This document shows, piece by piece, positions 1-14,466 of a stretch of 59,867 nt of DNA. The notes beneath the pieces were generated by a model. The model was not told where the DNA came from, searched no databases, and saw nothing but the letters and a program-made list of their open reading frames with translations. This stretch comes from Catajapyx aquilonaris (taxonomy: Eukaryota). The stretch covers positions 1-59,867 of the forward strand of contig JYFJ02002310.1 in the NCBI GenBank assembly GCA_000934665.2. Reading direction: 5' to 3'. The stretch's first letter is position 1; the number at the start of each line of letters is the position of its first letter. Both the position numbers and the translations under genes were made by a program.

Positions 1-3000
1 CGCCGCAGTGGCGCTTTCCCATGTTAAACTCGCATAGACGGTGGCGACACTGCGGAATTTTTCCATGAGGCTCCGTAATATGCAGTGGGCTACTACTCCT
101 GTGCAAGATAATTATTTTTACTGCCACAGCCATTGTGACATGCAACATGCGATTATCAGATTCTGTGTATAAATAAGTAGGCTATAACGTAGCAATAAAT
201 GTCCCATAATGCAACATAAGTTATACAAGTAGTTTAATATAGGTTAGGTGTAGTTAGGACATACTCTCTCAAACACTACAAAAATGTAACATTTACAGGA
301 TAAAACTGATAGCAATTCAAGGGCTCAGTGAAACAATGGGCTAACCAGCATTTTATAAAAATGGACTTAATGAACTCTACAGTTAAAATGCAATGATTAG
401 AAAATATCATGTGCTACACATTGAAAAAAAAACTCCTCATATTTTGTCACAGTCATGTCAGAAGAGTTTATTAAAGGTTGAAAACTATGAATAAGAAATA
501 TTTCTACCATTACGGCTACGTTGTGGGTTAGCTCATTGCTGGAGTTAAGCCCATTAATTCAATCCAGCTCAAGTATGTTCACACAATAAATTGTGCCAAA
601 ATTTTACAGTAACTTCGATGTCCACAGAAATACAGGAACATGCGAGTAGTTTGACTTACAGAACTATTACACCATTCGCAAAATTGAGGTAATGTGATCC
701 ATTCACATGTGCAAGGAATGATTACAACATGAAAATGACACATTGTGGAATTTGCACGGAGGTTATTTATAGCGTTAAATACCGGTACGCTATTGGCTAT
801 GATAATATGGTTAAAATGTGCTCCTTTTTCACTGGTCTTGAGTGTACCTGGAGTAGGCACACGTTCGCCTTCTGGAGAAGAAGTGATGGTGATTTGGGTG
901 ACATGCTTTTGAATGGCGGAGGCGGAGTTGGAGGCGGTTATTACGGTTGGCCAGGCCTATGATTAGTCCCAGCCAGGTGAGGCATACTGCCTAATTCTTT
1001 TTGTGTCTCCTGCGGTGGTCTTTTGCCTCGGTCTTCTCTCCCTCTCTCGTTCGCCACAGAAGAAGACCACTGTTATTGATGAGCGCCTCCTTAGGTGACA
1101 AGAGGAAGAAGAGACCTTCCTCAAGGCCAGAAAAAAATAAAAATATATACATTTCTTGCAGCCAGCAACCACTGCCAACAACTTCTTCGGACCCATCCAT
1201 CATTGTCCCTCCACCATGGCATTTGCGCCACGAAGCCCTTTTAAATTAATTGAGAGTTGCAAAGATGGCGCCCGGGGCTTGACAAGCTCAAATTTTGCAC
1301 AATTTTTATGCATGTGTATGGGGGTGGAGTGCATTTTTTGGGGGATGAGCTTGTCAAATGATGTGTATGACGCTGACGACATTTCCTGTCCTCACCTTTC
1401 AAGACCAAGATGAGTTTGGAAATCCTAGCTAACCTGGGGGCAACATTTTAATATACGGTACTCGTGTGACTTTTGCTTGCACTTTCCCCTTTTTTAGTCC
1501 TCCTTTTTGGTCTTGTCTTAATTTCGGTTGTCCCGCTGCCAATCTGAAGGCAATAGAACATCTCATGAGGGGGTCTCAAAGAAGAGCTGGAGGTATGAGG
1601 AGGAGAGAGGGAGGGATAAATTCCTTTCAAAGAATCCTCCGCCTCGCTGCAGGATGCGGAAAGAGAAATGTGAGACCAGTGGGGGTGACCTGGTCTTTGT
1701 GACTTTTTAGTTATTCTATGAAGGAAACTGAATGGAATATAAGGACCATTTCAGGTGCACTAGGATGTAACTTTTGCTGCTGCTTGAATTATTACATGTA
1801 CTGTACTAGATGTTCCAACAAAGATTTATTTCGGCTATACTTATTCGTCGCCTTTATGCGTTACCCCACTGAGATGAATCATTCTCAGAAGTATCAGTAT
1901 CAATAGCCTTTACAATGGGGTGCCAGCGATCTCCAAGGATTTTTTTGGGAGGACCGCCATCTTGCAGTGCATGTAAATATTTCCAGGGCATATATTGGAT
2001 AGCAGTTGGCCAAATCATCTCGGCGGGAATAAAATAATTGGCCGGGAGTTGTCACCGAGGGGAATATTTGAGACCTGGGCGTCTCTGGAGGGGGTTTGAG
2101 TGACCCCTGTGGTGAAAAAGTCGCCGTTCTCCTTAACCGGCTGGGGTTTATTATCAACTATTGTCTCATCTTGACATGAGTCAGTTCGCGTGCTTCGTAA
2201 GCAATCTTTCTCTCCCTATGCAAACAAACAAACCGTCATTACTGTTGGGTCATCCTATGGCCACACACACCAACAAAAAAAAATATTCGAAATTGGCAAA
2301 TCATGCTTTACAATTAGTACTGATAGCATTTATTACCATCGATACGTTGTTGAGAGTCTCCACCTGAAGTTAAATGCCAGTTAACGTGGTTTAATCGGCA
2401 TCCTTTTGAGGCCATAATCCGTGATTATGTTACCAAATGTGTCGGACTAAAGTTGGAGGAGTTTTGTAAGGTGGGGAATGTTTTTTAGGGGGGGCCTTGG
2501 GGGACGGTGGGCCCCCCCGTCGATTGGATTATCTGATGGAAGAGGGGGCTGCATCAGCAGAAGGCCTCATGTGGAGGCAGACAGGTGCCGCCGTTTCTAA
2601 CTCGGGACCAGCGCCATTCCTTCCCCAAAAATAGCCTCGTCCCGGAATACCTCAACCCTTGGCCGACACGTGGGGCGCCATTTTGGACAAACGTATCCCG
2701 ACAATGCATCCGCCGCATGGTGGCATACAAAGGAACATCCAGACAACCCGCCGAGTTATAAATATTTCAGTATAACGCATTGATACAGGGTGTTTCTTGA
2801 CGAAGGGGAAGGATAACTTCCAACCCTAAAGGCCCATAAAGACTTTCTAGTCATAGTACCGCAAACCACAAGTCATTTGTCTCCTGACCACAGCAGTGGC
2901 GCACTCAGAAGCAAGACAAACCATCTTCTTTTGCCAAGCCACCTCCTCCTAATCCTACCATTGGCGAAGTTCCATCCTCATCATGCAATTAGCTCTAATT

Positions 3001-4399
3001 GCGCTTGTCAATCAGGTTGGAGTAAAATGGGTGGGAGTGACCCCAAGAGGTGTGCACCTCTCACCTGCAGCATCTGACCCCTTGACCAAAAGGGCCTTGT
3101 TCTTGTGGGCTTTAAAAAGAAGGTAATGAGATGTTGGGGAACGAGTAATTGGTTGGACGGCCGGTCCGAGGCAGAGAGGTCAGCTACTGGTTCTGCTCTG
3201 GGCGGATCTGCCGTTTGTCAGCTAAAGGCTTCAAGGTAAGCCCACAGGTACAGTAGCTTATGAAAAAGCGGGCCACAATATCCCTCAAGGTTGCGGAAGT
3301 ACGCAGGCGATAAGTAATAGCAATGGGCAAGAGTGAGACGTTTACGAGTCAAACAAGTCAGGCACGTAAGCTACTAGTCAGGAGGGGGATGAAACCAGAA
3401 AAAAATTAATATCTATAAAAACCAAACGAGGCGCCAATTCCATAATGCATTGTTATTGTGGTACTGCCAAGAGGGGCAACAGAATCCATTTATTATCATT
3501 ATTTTAACATTAAACCACGCCAGGTGGACTGGGTTCCAGAGAGGAGCTCAGGCAACGTTGCCAAATTTGTCGCTACACCAGAAACCACGGTGCATGTAAT
3601 TTTTTTTTCTTGTCCCCACAGCTTCCGTCGCTGATGTGAAAAATCGCTCACAAACAAAAGCCTATCTCTATTCCATGGGCAATCAGCGCATTGGCAAAAA
3701 ACGGAAGCCAAAGCAAGAAAAGTTGTCCTGCCTCAACAAATCTGGTGCATAAACATGTCACACACGTAATGGAAAACTACCAGTAGTCAACCCCTCGTGC
3801 TGTTTTTTGGAGGGCAGTTTGCGGTCCCCGACAGAAAACACCGGCCCATTCTCACAATGGGGACAAAAATTGATGTCCACTCGGCGTATTATTGCTATGT
3901 ACACAGTGAGGAAGATTCCCCGATCACGCCGTGCCCGATAAATCCTGCGGTCGTACACTTTTCCGCCATCTTGATTTGCTGGGCTTGCGGGGTGGGGGAC
4001 GCCAAGTTGCGGTCTGCCAGCAAATGGTTGCCGGATTAAAACCGATCACGCCTCCGTCAGCGCGCCCACAAAACCAGATTTGGAGCTTGTCACAATCCTT
4101 TGTAATTCAAGCCTCTATAAATTCTCAAGAGGTGAGAGAAGAAAAGAGGATTGATCATAAAGAGAGTATCCCCCCTGGGCGAACTCGGGTGATTTGCGAC
4201 CTGAAACTGCGACCGGACACCCCGTCCGATGACGTTCGGACATAGGCCAACTTCCGACGTGACGTCATTTCGGACAATTCGAGGTGAAGTTCATAAGTCA
4301 TCAGAAGATATTTAACGCTTGTAATAACATTGTTACTAATTGGGTTGCTGATTTATACCCGATGAACAGGGCTACTATGATGCATGCTAATTTGCAATC

Positions 4400-4460
4400 A
4401 TCTACCTGGATCGGGGATCGAACTCAGAACCTGCAGGCCTAAACCGCTACACCACCAGCC
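4400..4460 (-). mobile_element. tRNA-derived SINE head fragment
   Basis: Minus strand shows an A box (TGGTGTAGCGG) and a B box (GTTCGATCCC). It shares ctacaccaccag and ggggatcgaac with the element at 16886-17053. Confidence 0.55.
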
Positions 4461-7400
4461 TGAACTTCATAATTGTTACTGCAAGCATTATGAGACTCGC
4501 AACAAATTTTGTAATTTGTTCTCGAGTACCTCCATCGTCACCTTTATAACCAAACACCTGAAATACCTTTTTTTCTCGTTCACCTGGACCAGTAAGTTGA
4601 GTTTTTTGGGGATGATAACGAACGGGACCCGATTCATAACCTGGATAGTAAATTCCATGTATTTTCTGCGGTAACGAGAGTTCTTCGAACTTATTTTGCG
4701 TCCTCGGGCTGATGGTAAATCTTAAATTCCTTGCGTAGACCATTCAGGATTTATGCTCATGAAGCGCATCTCGCCAAGTGCTGAGTTATAAGCCTTACGT
4801 GCTTCATGAAATATCTGGACACGTCACATGATATGAAATAGGAAGCTTGTGAAGATTTTGATGATAACAAATTCCTCACACTATCACATGGAAATCTTCC
4901 TCTTGAGGAAGCGCTTCTTCTCTGTGGGACCATCATATTAATTGCTTGTCATCCCCTGTTATACGCGTATAATTCTGCAAAAGTATGATGTAGAACACAC
5001 TGTAATTATTACCAAACAACACTCACGCACATTCGGTGGGAAAAGATAAGCGCACGCATTCGGAAGCTTACTTGTTAGGTGACTTATGGCCATGTTCGAA
5101 CTTCGAAGTGAAACTATCTCTATTGGCATCTACGTTGTTGGATGTGATTTTGTCACATATTTCAAGTAAGTTCAGGACAATTTCTGAAATCTTGCACTGG
5201 TTCTTCCCCCATTCCATATAAATCCCCCATGTCCATCCAGACCGCCAACATTGTGGCGGAGCATCAAGCAACGTCCTGCCAGCAACTAATTAACCCGGTG
5301 CCTTGCCACCCTTCACTATCACCTTGTACATCTGGAAAGGATCTGGGCGGCTTCACATCTCTTTTCCAGCCCACAGTTACATACGAAAAAAAGCATGCAG
5401 TGAAAAGAATCCAGCAGCATCCAGAATAAGGACTGGACCAACTGGCAGCTAGATGGATGGTATTGTCGTCTTATTAAAGTAATACCATGGCTAATTGGTA
5501 CGTAGTGAGTGATGGTTCATATTGAGGGTCGCACAGGAAAAAGAGGAGTAGAAAGAGGAAGAAAAAGTATGGTGCCGCCCTCGCCGTTTCTAATGTCGTG
5601 CGAGAAATGTTTTCAAGGAAAAGGGGGGGGGGGGGNGGGGGGGGGGGGCGTGAAACATCCCAATTACACAAGGAGTCACCAAAGGCCAATTAAAGGAGGA
5701 TAAATCTGTGTAAGTGCGGCCATTTTGGTATTGTTCGAGAACTCGGAACACAGAGTCGTGAAGTTAGTTTCAGAGCATGCACTGTAGGTGGCCTGCCCAC
5801 GAAAAAAGGGACCATTGTTTATCTCAGTTGCAAGAATACAACCTTTGCAACAACAAAAAAACCCAAGTGCACTTACAACCAAATCTTTAAATTAGTAGGC
5901 GAAACAAAACCCGAAAATTGGAACCTGTTCTAGAACTGTAACTCTGCGAAACTAGTTTGTAGTATTGAAAACACCACGACAACCGTCAACTGTAATCTAA
6001 TCTAATCCTATCACGCGGAAAAGAACCTAGGAAATTTTATGACTCTCTTTCAAACCTCAAGATTGGCAAACAGGAAGCTAAAAAAGAAAAGAAAAAAAGA
6101 AATTCAAGATGGCGGCCTAAACAAAGGATAGAGAGCGCGCTAGGGCCACCTTCGATGCTGTCAGGAGATTTTCGTGACAAAGGGCAAAAGTCATGGTTGA
6201 GGGAGGGCAGCGGTCCTCCACAACAAAAAGCCTCAAAGAATGAACTCGGAAGAAAAGTAGAGGTGGGACTGAGGGGATGGTGGGGAGGGGGAGCCCTTTG
6301 GGAGGTTTAGCTCTGAGCTTCCTAATGAATGCATTCATACCCCGCCCCGCTGCACTCATTGTGTCCATACCGCCTATTGTGAGGCATTCCCTCCTCTCCT
6401 ACAGATTCCCTATAGTTGAATGCAGGTGAGAAAGCATGGCTGTCAAAAATCTCTCCCAGGACCACGTACAATCAGGTTTCGAGTGACCTGTGGTGCCTGG
6501 AAAAATACTGTTAAAAGAACTTCGGTATCTTTCAGTTCAATGGCATTGAAAAAGAGATATAGACTGGTTTCAAGCCTATAGTACGGTCCACAGACAATAT
6601 TATTCTCTGCCTATGGTACCGACCAGCATTCATATTTCGCCACCTTGCAAAACTGTTTTGGACATTTTATTCATTGCGCAGTCCTAATATCAGCATGCTT
6701 CTGGACATCTTATTTTTCTAAGGAATAAGCTGACATGAGGTCAGCCTTGTGGGACCATACACACCTATAGTTACCAAGTTCAGCGCTACTTCCCAACATC
6801 ATTAAAGTAAGGAAGAAACTTTCAAGCAACTATGGAGAAAATCCATTAGCTTGTCTGAGCACAGTACTTGCCTGAGTCCTACCTATGAAGTTACAACAAC
6901 AAAGTTTGCAAGCGAATAGAGCAGGTTTTGAGGGCTACGTTCTCCAAGTATGACAAAGTATGACGTAATGTCGTGTATATACTGTAGGTCTAACACTGGC
7001 ATTCCTATAGCATTATTACATTAGTATAAATAATATGAAAGTCTACTCCTTGCAACATCACAAGAATGCAGTTAAACTTCCAATTTCGCCATACACATGT
7101 ATTACACGACATAAGGAAAACTATATAAAGTACAAAAACCTGAAGTACGAAACCGCCCTAGTGATTCACCGCGACCTCGACATGAAGTCACGCCAATATT
7201 CCCCAAAGTAAAAGGAAGCCATCCTTGAGATTTCGCTTCTATAAGTAGGCTATGTTATGACCTACGACTCTGCAAGTCCAAAAATGGCACAAAGCTATCA
7301 GAAGCAACGTCTAATTTTCCTCCCAAACATGTCAAGATGCAGGATATCGCCGGCTAGTCTTGCTTCTGCCACTGGAAAGCAATTACAGTCCATGTTCCTC

Positions 7401-7799
7401 ACATGAAAAGTGAGACTTTTGGAGCGAAATCGATGTCAGTGTGGGTTAACATTCTTCGGTGCAAGATAAGGCCAGACATGAGTGTTGTCTCCCTCACCGG
7501 CGGTTCTTCTCTTTTTTTTCTTCAGTCTTCTTTTCCTTTACCTCCACCTGCTGTCCCCCAACCCTTTTACATGGGCAAAAACAACCAAGGACACTTGTGA
7601 CAAGTCACTAAAAGTCCCTCTTTATATACACGACATTTGGCGCTTACAAAATGCTGCCTCTGGGTAAAAATCTGGCAGGAAATTGGGGATCTAGTGGTTG
7701 CATCTTTTTTGACTCTAATACCTCCAAGTGCAGGGGACCCCAAGAAGTTCGATTAGTATTCAGAGCCTGACTTTCGCTGTCCGGCCTGGATAAATCAAA

Positions 7800-7802
<3 letters not shown>

Positions 7803-7856
<54 letters not shown>
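7803..7856. repeat. (CT)n microsatellite
   Basis: Perfect dinucleotide run, ~27 units. Confidence 0.98.
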
Positions 7857-7858
<2 letters not shown>

Positions 7859-10800
7859 CTTGTTTTTCTTGTCTCTGGACTCACTCCACCTTCTTCCATC
7901 ACCCGAAGATGACACGCAGGCACTGGTACAATTTAAGAACTGAAGCTACACCCAACTATACGTTTAGGTCCAGACGTGGGACGTTATCCCATGTCAGGAA
8001 TCACATTCGTGCTCAATGACACAATGCCAAACCCTATAATAATTGCGAATATGATATATAGTGCTGGCTCCAAATTCTATGAGTCTATTACCTACGTACT
8101 TTTTAAAATACCGTACATGGTGTATGGTAATTATTTTGACAAACTCATATTGTTGCATTCCTATAGTTGCCAGAGGAGCTGTTTATGTAGAGGTGACATT
8201 TGGTTTACGCCGGCTGGTTACTGAGATAATTGGCCTCAAACACAAGGTATAAAATACAACTGGTATGTGCCCCTTTGCGTGGCCTTGCCTTTTAAATTTA
8301 AGAGTTTTAATTTAAAGTGCTCCCTGGCAGTGAAAAAATTTGCCTCTTTTACTTAATGCTAATTATCTCATGGACAAAACTGCCACAATTTATATGCAAT
8401 GATCCTCTGGGACCAAGAATGAAACCCCATAGATTTGTCGGCCTCATTACAAAGCACCCTGTATAAAGAGCAGACTTTTTGGCATCATCCAGCAAGAGAA
8501 CCTTGCAAGGTAAAAACCAGGCATCGTAAATCTCGTCGTCAATTGCCTGTGTCATCATGGGACAAATCAGTGCCTGGTTCGGTCTGCATTTGGAACATGG
8601 CCATGAATTTGAGCCATTACCCCTCGTTCTGTCACTATAAACGTTCATTCTTCCTGTAAAGGATAAGAATAAAGGCAGGGACCTCCCTCCTATGTTTCTG
8701 GCTGTCCCATGACGGGAGTAATTAATTGTTAGGCCGGGACTGGAAAAAGTGAGATCCCACGTGGGAGTAGGGGGTCCATCTGGTTCCATCAGCCAGAAGC
8801 TCGGCGCCACACTTGTCCTGCGTGGAACCCAATTAGAACTCCATTGGTGCGCATCTTATTAGACCGCATTCAGATTGGAACAATTACAAGCTCCTTGTGC
8901 CAAGAAAAAAGTGGACGTTTTCACTGGAGCATTCCATAATGTCATGTACACTATATTTAAATTATCATTTTTCATATTATCTATAAAAATTAAAATCAGG
9001 CTAGTAGCTATTTAATTTCATTAATTATATAGCTATTAATGATATAACAGCTTAGAATAGGATTCACCCTGGAGGTAATATTGTTGTGGTGAATATCATT
9101 GCACTTTTATGATATGGCTGGTAATATAACAATAGAGGAGAGGGTTTAATTTTTTCCTGCGGCAGCTCCCACTGGTCCTGCTGTCTTGTCATAACTTTTC
9201 ACTGTCAGGAAAAAAGGGGCAGCCCCATAGAGAATGAGTCAAGGACACGGGTTGAAGAAAAAGAAGAAGAAAAAAAAAGTGGTGGAATGGTGGTGAGGAG
9301 TCTCCTCCACCCTTCAGTGACATGGCATCAAGCAGGAAACCCCTCCAAGTTTTCCTACTTTTTGTTCCATGACCTCTGACCCGACCATCGCTGGCACACC
9401 CGTATAATCCTCTACTTTACCAAATCTAGGAATCTTTCATAAGATCACGTACTATTCAAGCGCTCTTTATGGTAATACTCTTGCCACCCACATTTAAGCG
9501 CGCCCAGTTTCGAAAATGTAAGTCATTGAATTTTCATCAGTCACACCATACAACCTGTAACCATAACTGAAAAAATTGCTTACGTAACACATCATTGCAC
9601 CATTACATTTTATAACTAGGTATTTCATTACAACGTATGCTGCACCATTCCATCATTAAAGTCTCCAGTATTTCCTATTGAGAATAAATGATAAAAGTTA
9701 TTTTTCGTCACGTGCAGATCATGAGAATTGATGATGAAATATAATTGCATGATAACTATGAGAAAAACTTACGCACAGTGAATTAAACATTTTATTTTTG
9801 GGCAACTAGAGGTCAATCAAAGATTGCCGCCTTGATTTTGTGAAGAACCCAGTGCATTTGCATTGTCCTTATAATTTTACACGTGCGCTGTGGCTTGTCC
9901 TGAGACTTTTGCTACACGTTTTCAAAATGGTACTGAAATCACTGGCCAGTTATTAATTTGTTTTTCGCAAAATTTGATTCAATGTTTATTATGTAGTTAA
10001 ATAAAAGCGGTTTCTACGGCCTGTCGCTTGAATATGATTGGCATGGTGCCGGGCCAACAAATCGCAACATTTCCGTCCCAAAACATGAGATTTAGTGGTA
10101 AAATGTGATTTTCTTGGGTCACTTTTGGCGTTCTGCGGAATTTGCCCGAAAAAAAACATTAACTCTACCCGTCCATGCGATGAGAGAGCAGCCAAAATGC
10201 AGCATGTAGTACCCTGTACCGGGGTACGTCTCCGGTCCAGGTCCGAGGTGCAGAAGTTACGATAAGAAGGTGGGTCAAGACTATAGCAGAAGGCGGCTCA
10301 AGTACAATGTTTAAAATATGCCAATGTCCCAAAAGAAATGTTTCCCACATTTTATTGTCCACATTTTTCACATTATATTTATTAGGCTACTTTATGATAT
10401 CGTCGTTCATTTCAAAGTATATAGCGGTGTGTTTCCATTTTCATGTGTTGCTCTGTCATTCAACTATTGCAGACGCCAACTGTTCCCATTTGCCTAAAAA
10501 TGTCACCGTTCCAGTACTCAGCTAAACGCAAGTTTCAATTCATAAACGAGGCAGTGTTTGAAACAGTCGATATGTTATAGCTCTCCGGCTATCGACTTCG
10601 GAAGACTAGAAGAAGAAAAAACAAAGCAGATGGTTGCAATGTCACCGGGGAATGACTGCCAAGTCATCTGGGTACACCCATCATCAATGTCTGGTTTGTT
10701 ATTCTTGTACCCCCCTCCTCTTTTCCCCTACATCCCCTTACTTGGCCTCGGGACCAAACCCGGGACGCGAAAAGTATGGGCATAAGAATGTGCTGACCAA

Positions 10801-13800
10801 CCCATACTCCTTTTGGTTTTCTTTTCTTTTCCCACCCGACAAGGAACAGCCTTCAGACAGAGAAACGAGGGAATCTCAGTTGCACCAACTTGAGTTGAGA
10901 AAATAAAAATAATTGGTCGGAGGCAAAGAGCTCAATTAAGGCATGTCCCCTGGTGGTAATTATGTCAGGGGCAAGGATTCAGGTCGGAAAAAGGAGGCAA
11001 GGACAAACTTGTCCCGTCATTTGACAGCCGAGAGGAGGAACCACCAGATAAGTGCTCGGTACCAATGGCTCATTAATCTCATGTAGCTGGCACGACAGAC
11101 TGGACATGCTGGACACTGATTTTTATCTGGACAAGAGAGACACCGGCAAAAAAAAATTGCAGAACAAGCAGACCGGCTGTTTGACATGAAATTTTGCACT
11201 CCAGATTAGCGGCTCATAAGGAAGAGGAAAACGCATATTGCTTATGGAGGGATATTGAAATGCTCCAGGATTTTATGCCGCCCTATTGGCTCAGATCTCA
11301 GAGTAACCAAATGGATGAATATGACAATTTGAGGCTTTCATATATGGGCAGCCATATGAGCTATTTTATGACATATAATATGCAGGTAGTGTTGTAATTT
11401 GCAAGGACGTGTCATCTGTGAAGTGGTATGGTCAGACATTTTTTTCTTCAAATGGTCCTCATCAGTTGAGCTTATAGGTCTGCCTCATTTTAAATCTTCA
11501 ATATACTGCGCAGCAAATCTGTTATATGAAAGATGAAACCTTCCATCCTTGAGTGAAACAGCCTGACTTTCCTGAACTGGTGCCTGGCAACTAAATAGAT
11601 GCATGCAGTTGTTGGAGAAAATGTCACCACAACATAGTGGCGGAGGGGCATATCTTCCCCATCAGTGGAAGAAACAGTTACTGGTAGCCTTGACGTTCAA
11701 CGGAAGATTTCAAAAGTGAGTATGCCTAATCCAAATACCTGACATTTTCTCTTCTACATTTTACACAATAAATCGGAAAAAATAGCTTTCATTTTTCTAT
11801 AGCGACTTTATGGCGATGATTGTGTATGTGTGTGCCGTTTCTCCTTTTTAACTTACAGGTTCATCGTGTGATTCTCCTATAGAGTATGGCAACACAAGGT
11901 ATTGTAGACTATTTTAACAGCGTTATAAAACTTATCACTGCTATAACAATAGCTTGTAGGTATTCTAATTTTAAGCAATGTCTATGACTACACAGAGAAT
12001 CTGAAACTGTCTCACGCATTCACGAGTAGATTTTATACCGGAGGCTAACAGTCTCTATCAGTGAAAAGGCAAAGAATGCAGTAAAAAGGGTACGCACATT
12101 CAGTCCTCAGTCGCCAATTAAAAAGTGTAAAAATATTGACACTTTCATGCCTAAATTAAAGCCAGCACATAGCTCACATCTAAAGTGCAAAGTCCATAAG
12201 TCAACCCAGCCGGGAAATTCAGCGCTAATCTCCCAATAAAGTCAACATCCTGGCAATTTGCATATGAGTCACTTGAGGAGGTACACAAGAGTTAGGCTAG
12301 AGAACACTGGTCTGGCATGTGAATATTCGACATACCATGCGAGCTTATTAGGGTACAAGTCTCTTAGCGACGGCAAGAATAAGACCGAAGGTCAGGAATC
12401 CCAAAAATGTCTCCCCTGGAATCCGCCAGACAGAGAGAGAGACCATCCGTCCAACGGTGGGCAATGGGCCCCTGAGGCCCCTCGCCAGGACTCTTGTCAA
12501 TGTGGCCACTGATTTATGTCCACCGGCAAAAAGAAGGGTGGGGATAAAAATGGTTAGAGTCAAGAGTCGCCTGTTCCAAGAGAGGAGGACATTGATGCCT
12601 AGTAATTTTTTTAAATTTTATTTTTCAATATTTTTTTTGTATGTCGTGGCTTCCTCTGAGACGCCCCTAACCAGTTGGCAAGCTAATTGCTTGGGGAGAC
12701 CCAAGACTTTACATTCTCACACGCGCCACCTTCTGCCTACAAAGCGCTAATCATTTCCGACAGACAACTACACCCACTATTTCCCACATTATCTCCAACT
12801 CGACTCGGGATCACAGGGGCCATTTTTTACCTGAGACAAAAACCATGGATGCCACCCAGTATGGGAGCTAAACAGGACAAAAAGGCACCGCAATTAGCCT
12901 TAAGTGAGGTCCAGTTAGTCAAGGATTATATAATAGGACTTGGACGCACTCAGTTGGGTGAGAGCTGACTTATAAGGCTGAACTTGGTGAGATTTTGGTA
13001 TTGTTGTCCCTGTGAAACAAGGGCAACGTATTGTTGTCCTTTATATCATAACTTATCCTACCATGTGACGTGATATGGTTTCCTGCTAGATTTTATAGGC
13101 GAGATAGCTTCGGACCGTGAGAAATGTCCGACGTTGTGGTATAGGTCCACAGAGCAAGAAACTAATTGGACAATGCTTTTATTACTGGGTTGCCTGCGAC
13201 ATGCCATTGCATGATGTCTAAAATAATTGCTGGGCTGCAGAAAGTTTCCGCCTGATCTGGACAGAAATGCAAAAAAATTGGTAGAATTTTATTACTTATT
13301 AACGGTCCGAAGTCTTCTGATCACATGAGCATTTCATGTGTAATGCAGGTAGACAGAAAAAAAAGACCAGGACCGGCGATTAGACTAAAGAAATAGCTGC
13401 TCGGAGGAGGAATCTCATAAACGTCAAATGTACCGCAGCCAGGCTCTTAAAACCTGCCTTCCTGATGAGACAATGAGTTTCTTTTACGACATAAGGTCAG
13501 GAAGCAGTGCAATGTCAAACATGTAGACTTTGCAGAACGCCAATTATTCGCGACCACAAACTGCGACGCATTGTTTGGCAAATATCTTGGACCCATGTGT
13601 CCATTTTTTTATAGCCATCAAAAGTCAACGACTGAAGCATACTTGCACCAATGTACCTAACTGAAACTGAAAATTGTGGTGTTGCGTCATTCACGTATTG
13701 GCCACTATAGATGTGCAGGTTGAAACTACATTTCCGAATATAATAAAGAGATGCAAATGAACTGAGCATAATTCATATCAAACTGATTTTTTTGGCATTT

Positions 13801-14466
13801 GACTGGTGAAGTTGACACAATTTCTGTGAGGGACTAACACCTGTGTAATGTTTTCCATCAGCAGGAGTGTGAGGGAAGAAACACAAAGACAAATTCCGTT
13901 CGAATCAGTGACTAATGTGGTTAGAATGATGAATGGACTGTGACGCCCAGGTAAAAATCTACATCTAATTCCCATCCCTCCTTCTTTTTTATTATTTATG
14001 TACGGAAACTTTGGAAACACGACGTCAGAATTTAGATCGGCGCGAAGGGTGTTCTATATTAAGATTAAAATTGAATTTAACGAGTGAAATAATAAAGCCA
14101 CGAGAAAAGGATCCATCACATCGTCCAGTATTTTCCCCAAGATATTGTTGATACTGTATATGATACGAAGAAAGTGCCTGGAGCAGATGAGGCCACCTAG
14201 TGTAACAAACATTTTTCAGTGCTACCTTTAGTATTAATTTACTATGTTTAAAAATTTTATACGAGATAAGCATCTAATTTGAATATTTGTGGTATAAGTA
14301 TTTCTGATAATTTTTAAAAAGCATAAGCAATTGGCCTGATTTGAGAGGTGTGGCGGAAAAATATAACCCTCATTTTTGTCATTTTTGACCAAAACACCTA
14401 TAGCAACTATATGTAAAAAAACATGATAAATAGTTTGGTATACTCCAAGTTCACGTAACACCAATT

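Noticed and set aside
848..1130. Possible minus-strand exon (PTVITASNSASAIQKHVTQITITSSPEGERVPTP)
   Set aside because: Weak splice signals and no recognisable protein; cannot be supported without data beyond the window.
5623..5648. Long poly-G/C runs containing n (also ~34850, 39184, 47020, 48050, 48506, 49616)
   Set aside because: Homopolymers with consensus ambiguity; their lengths are unreliable and not interpretable.
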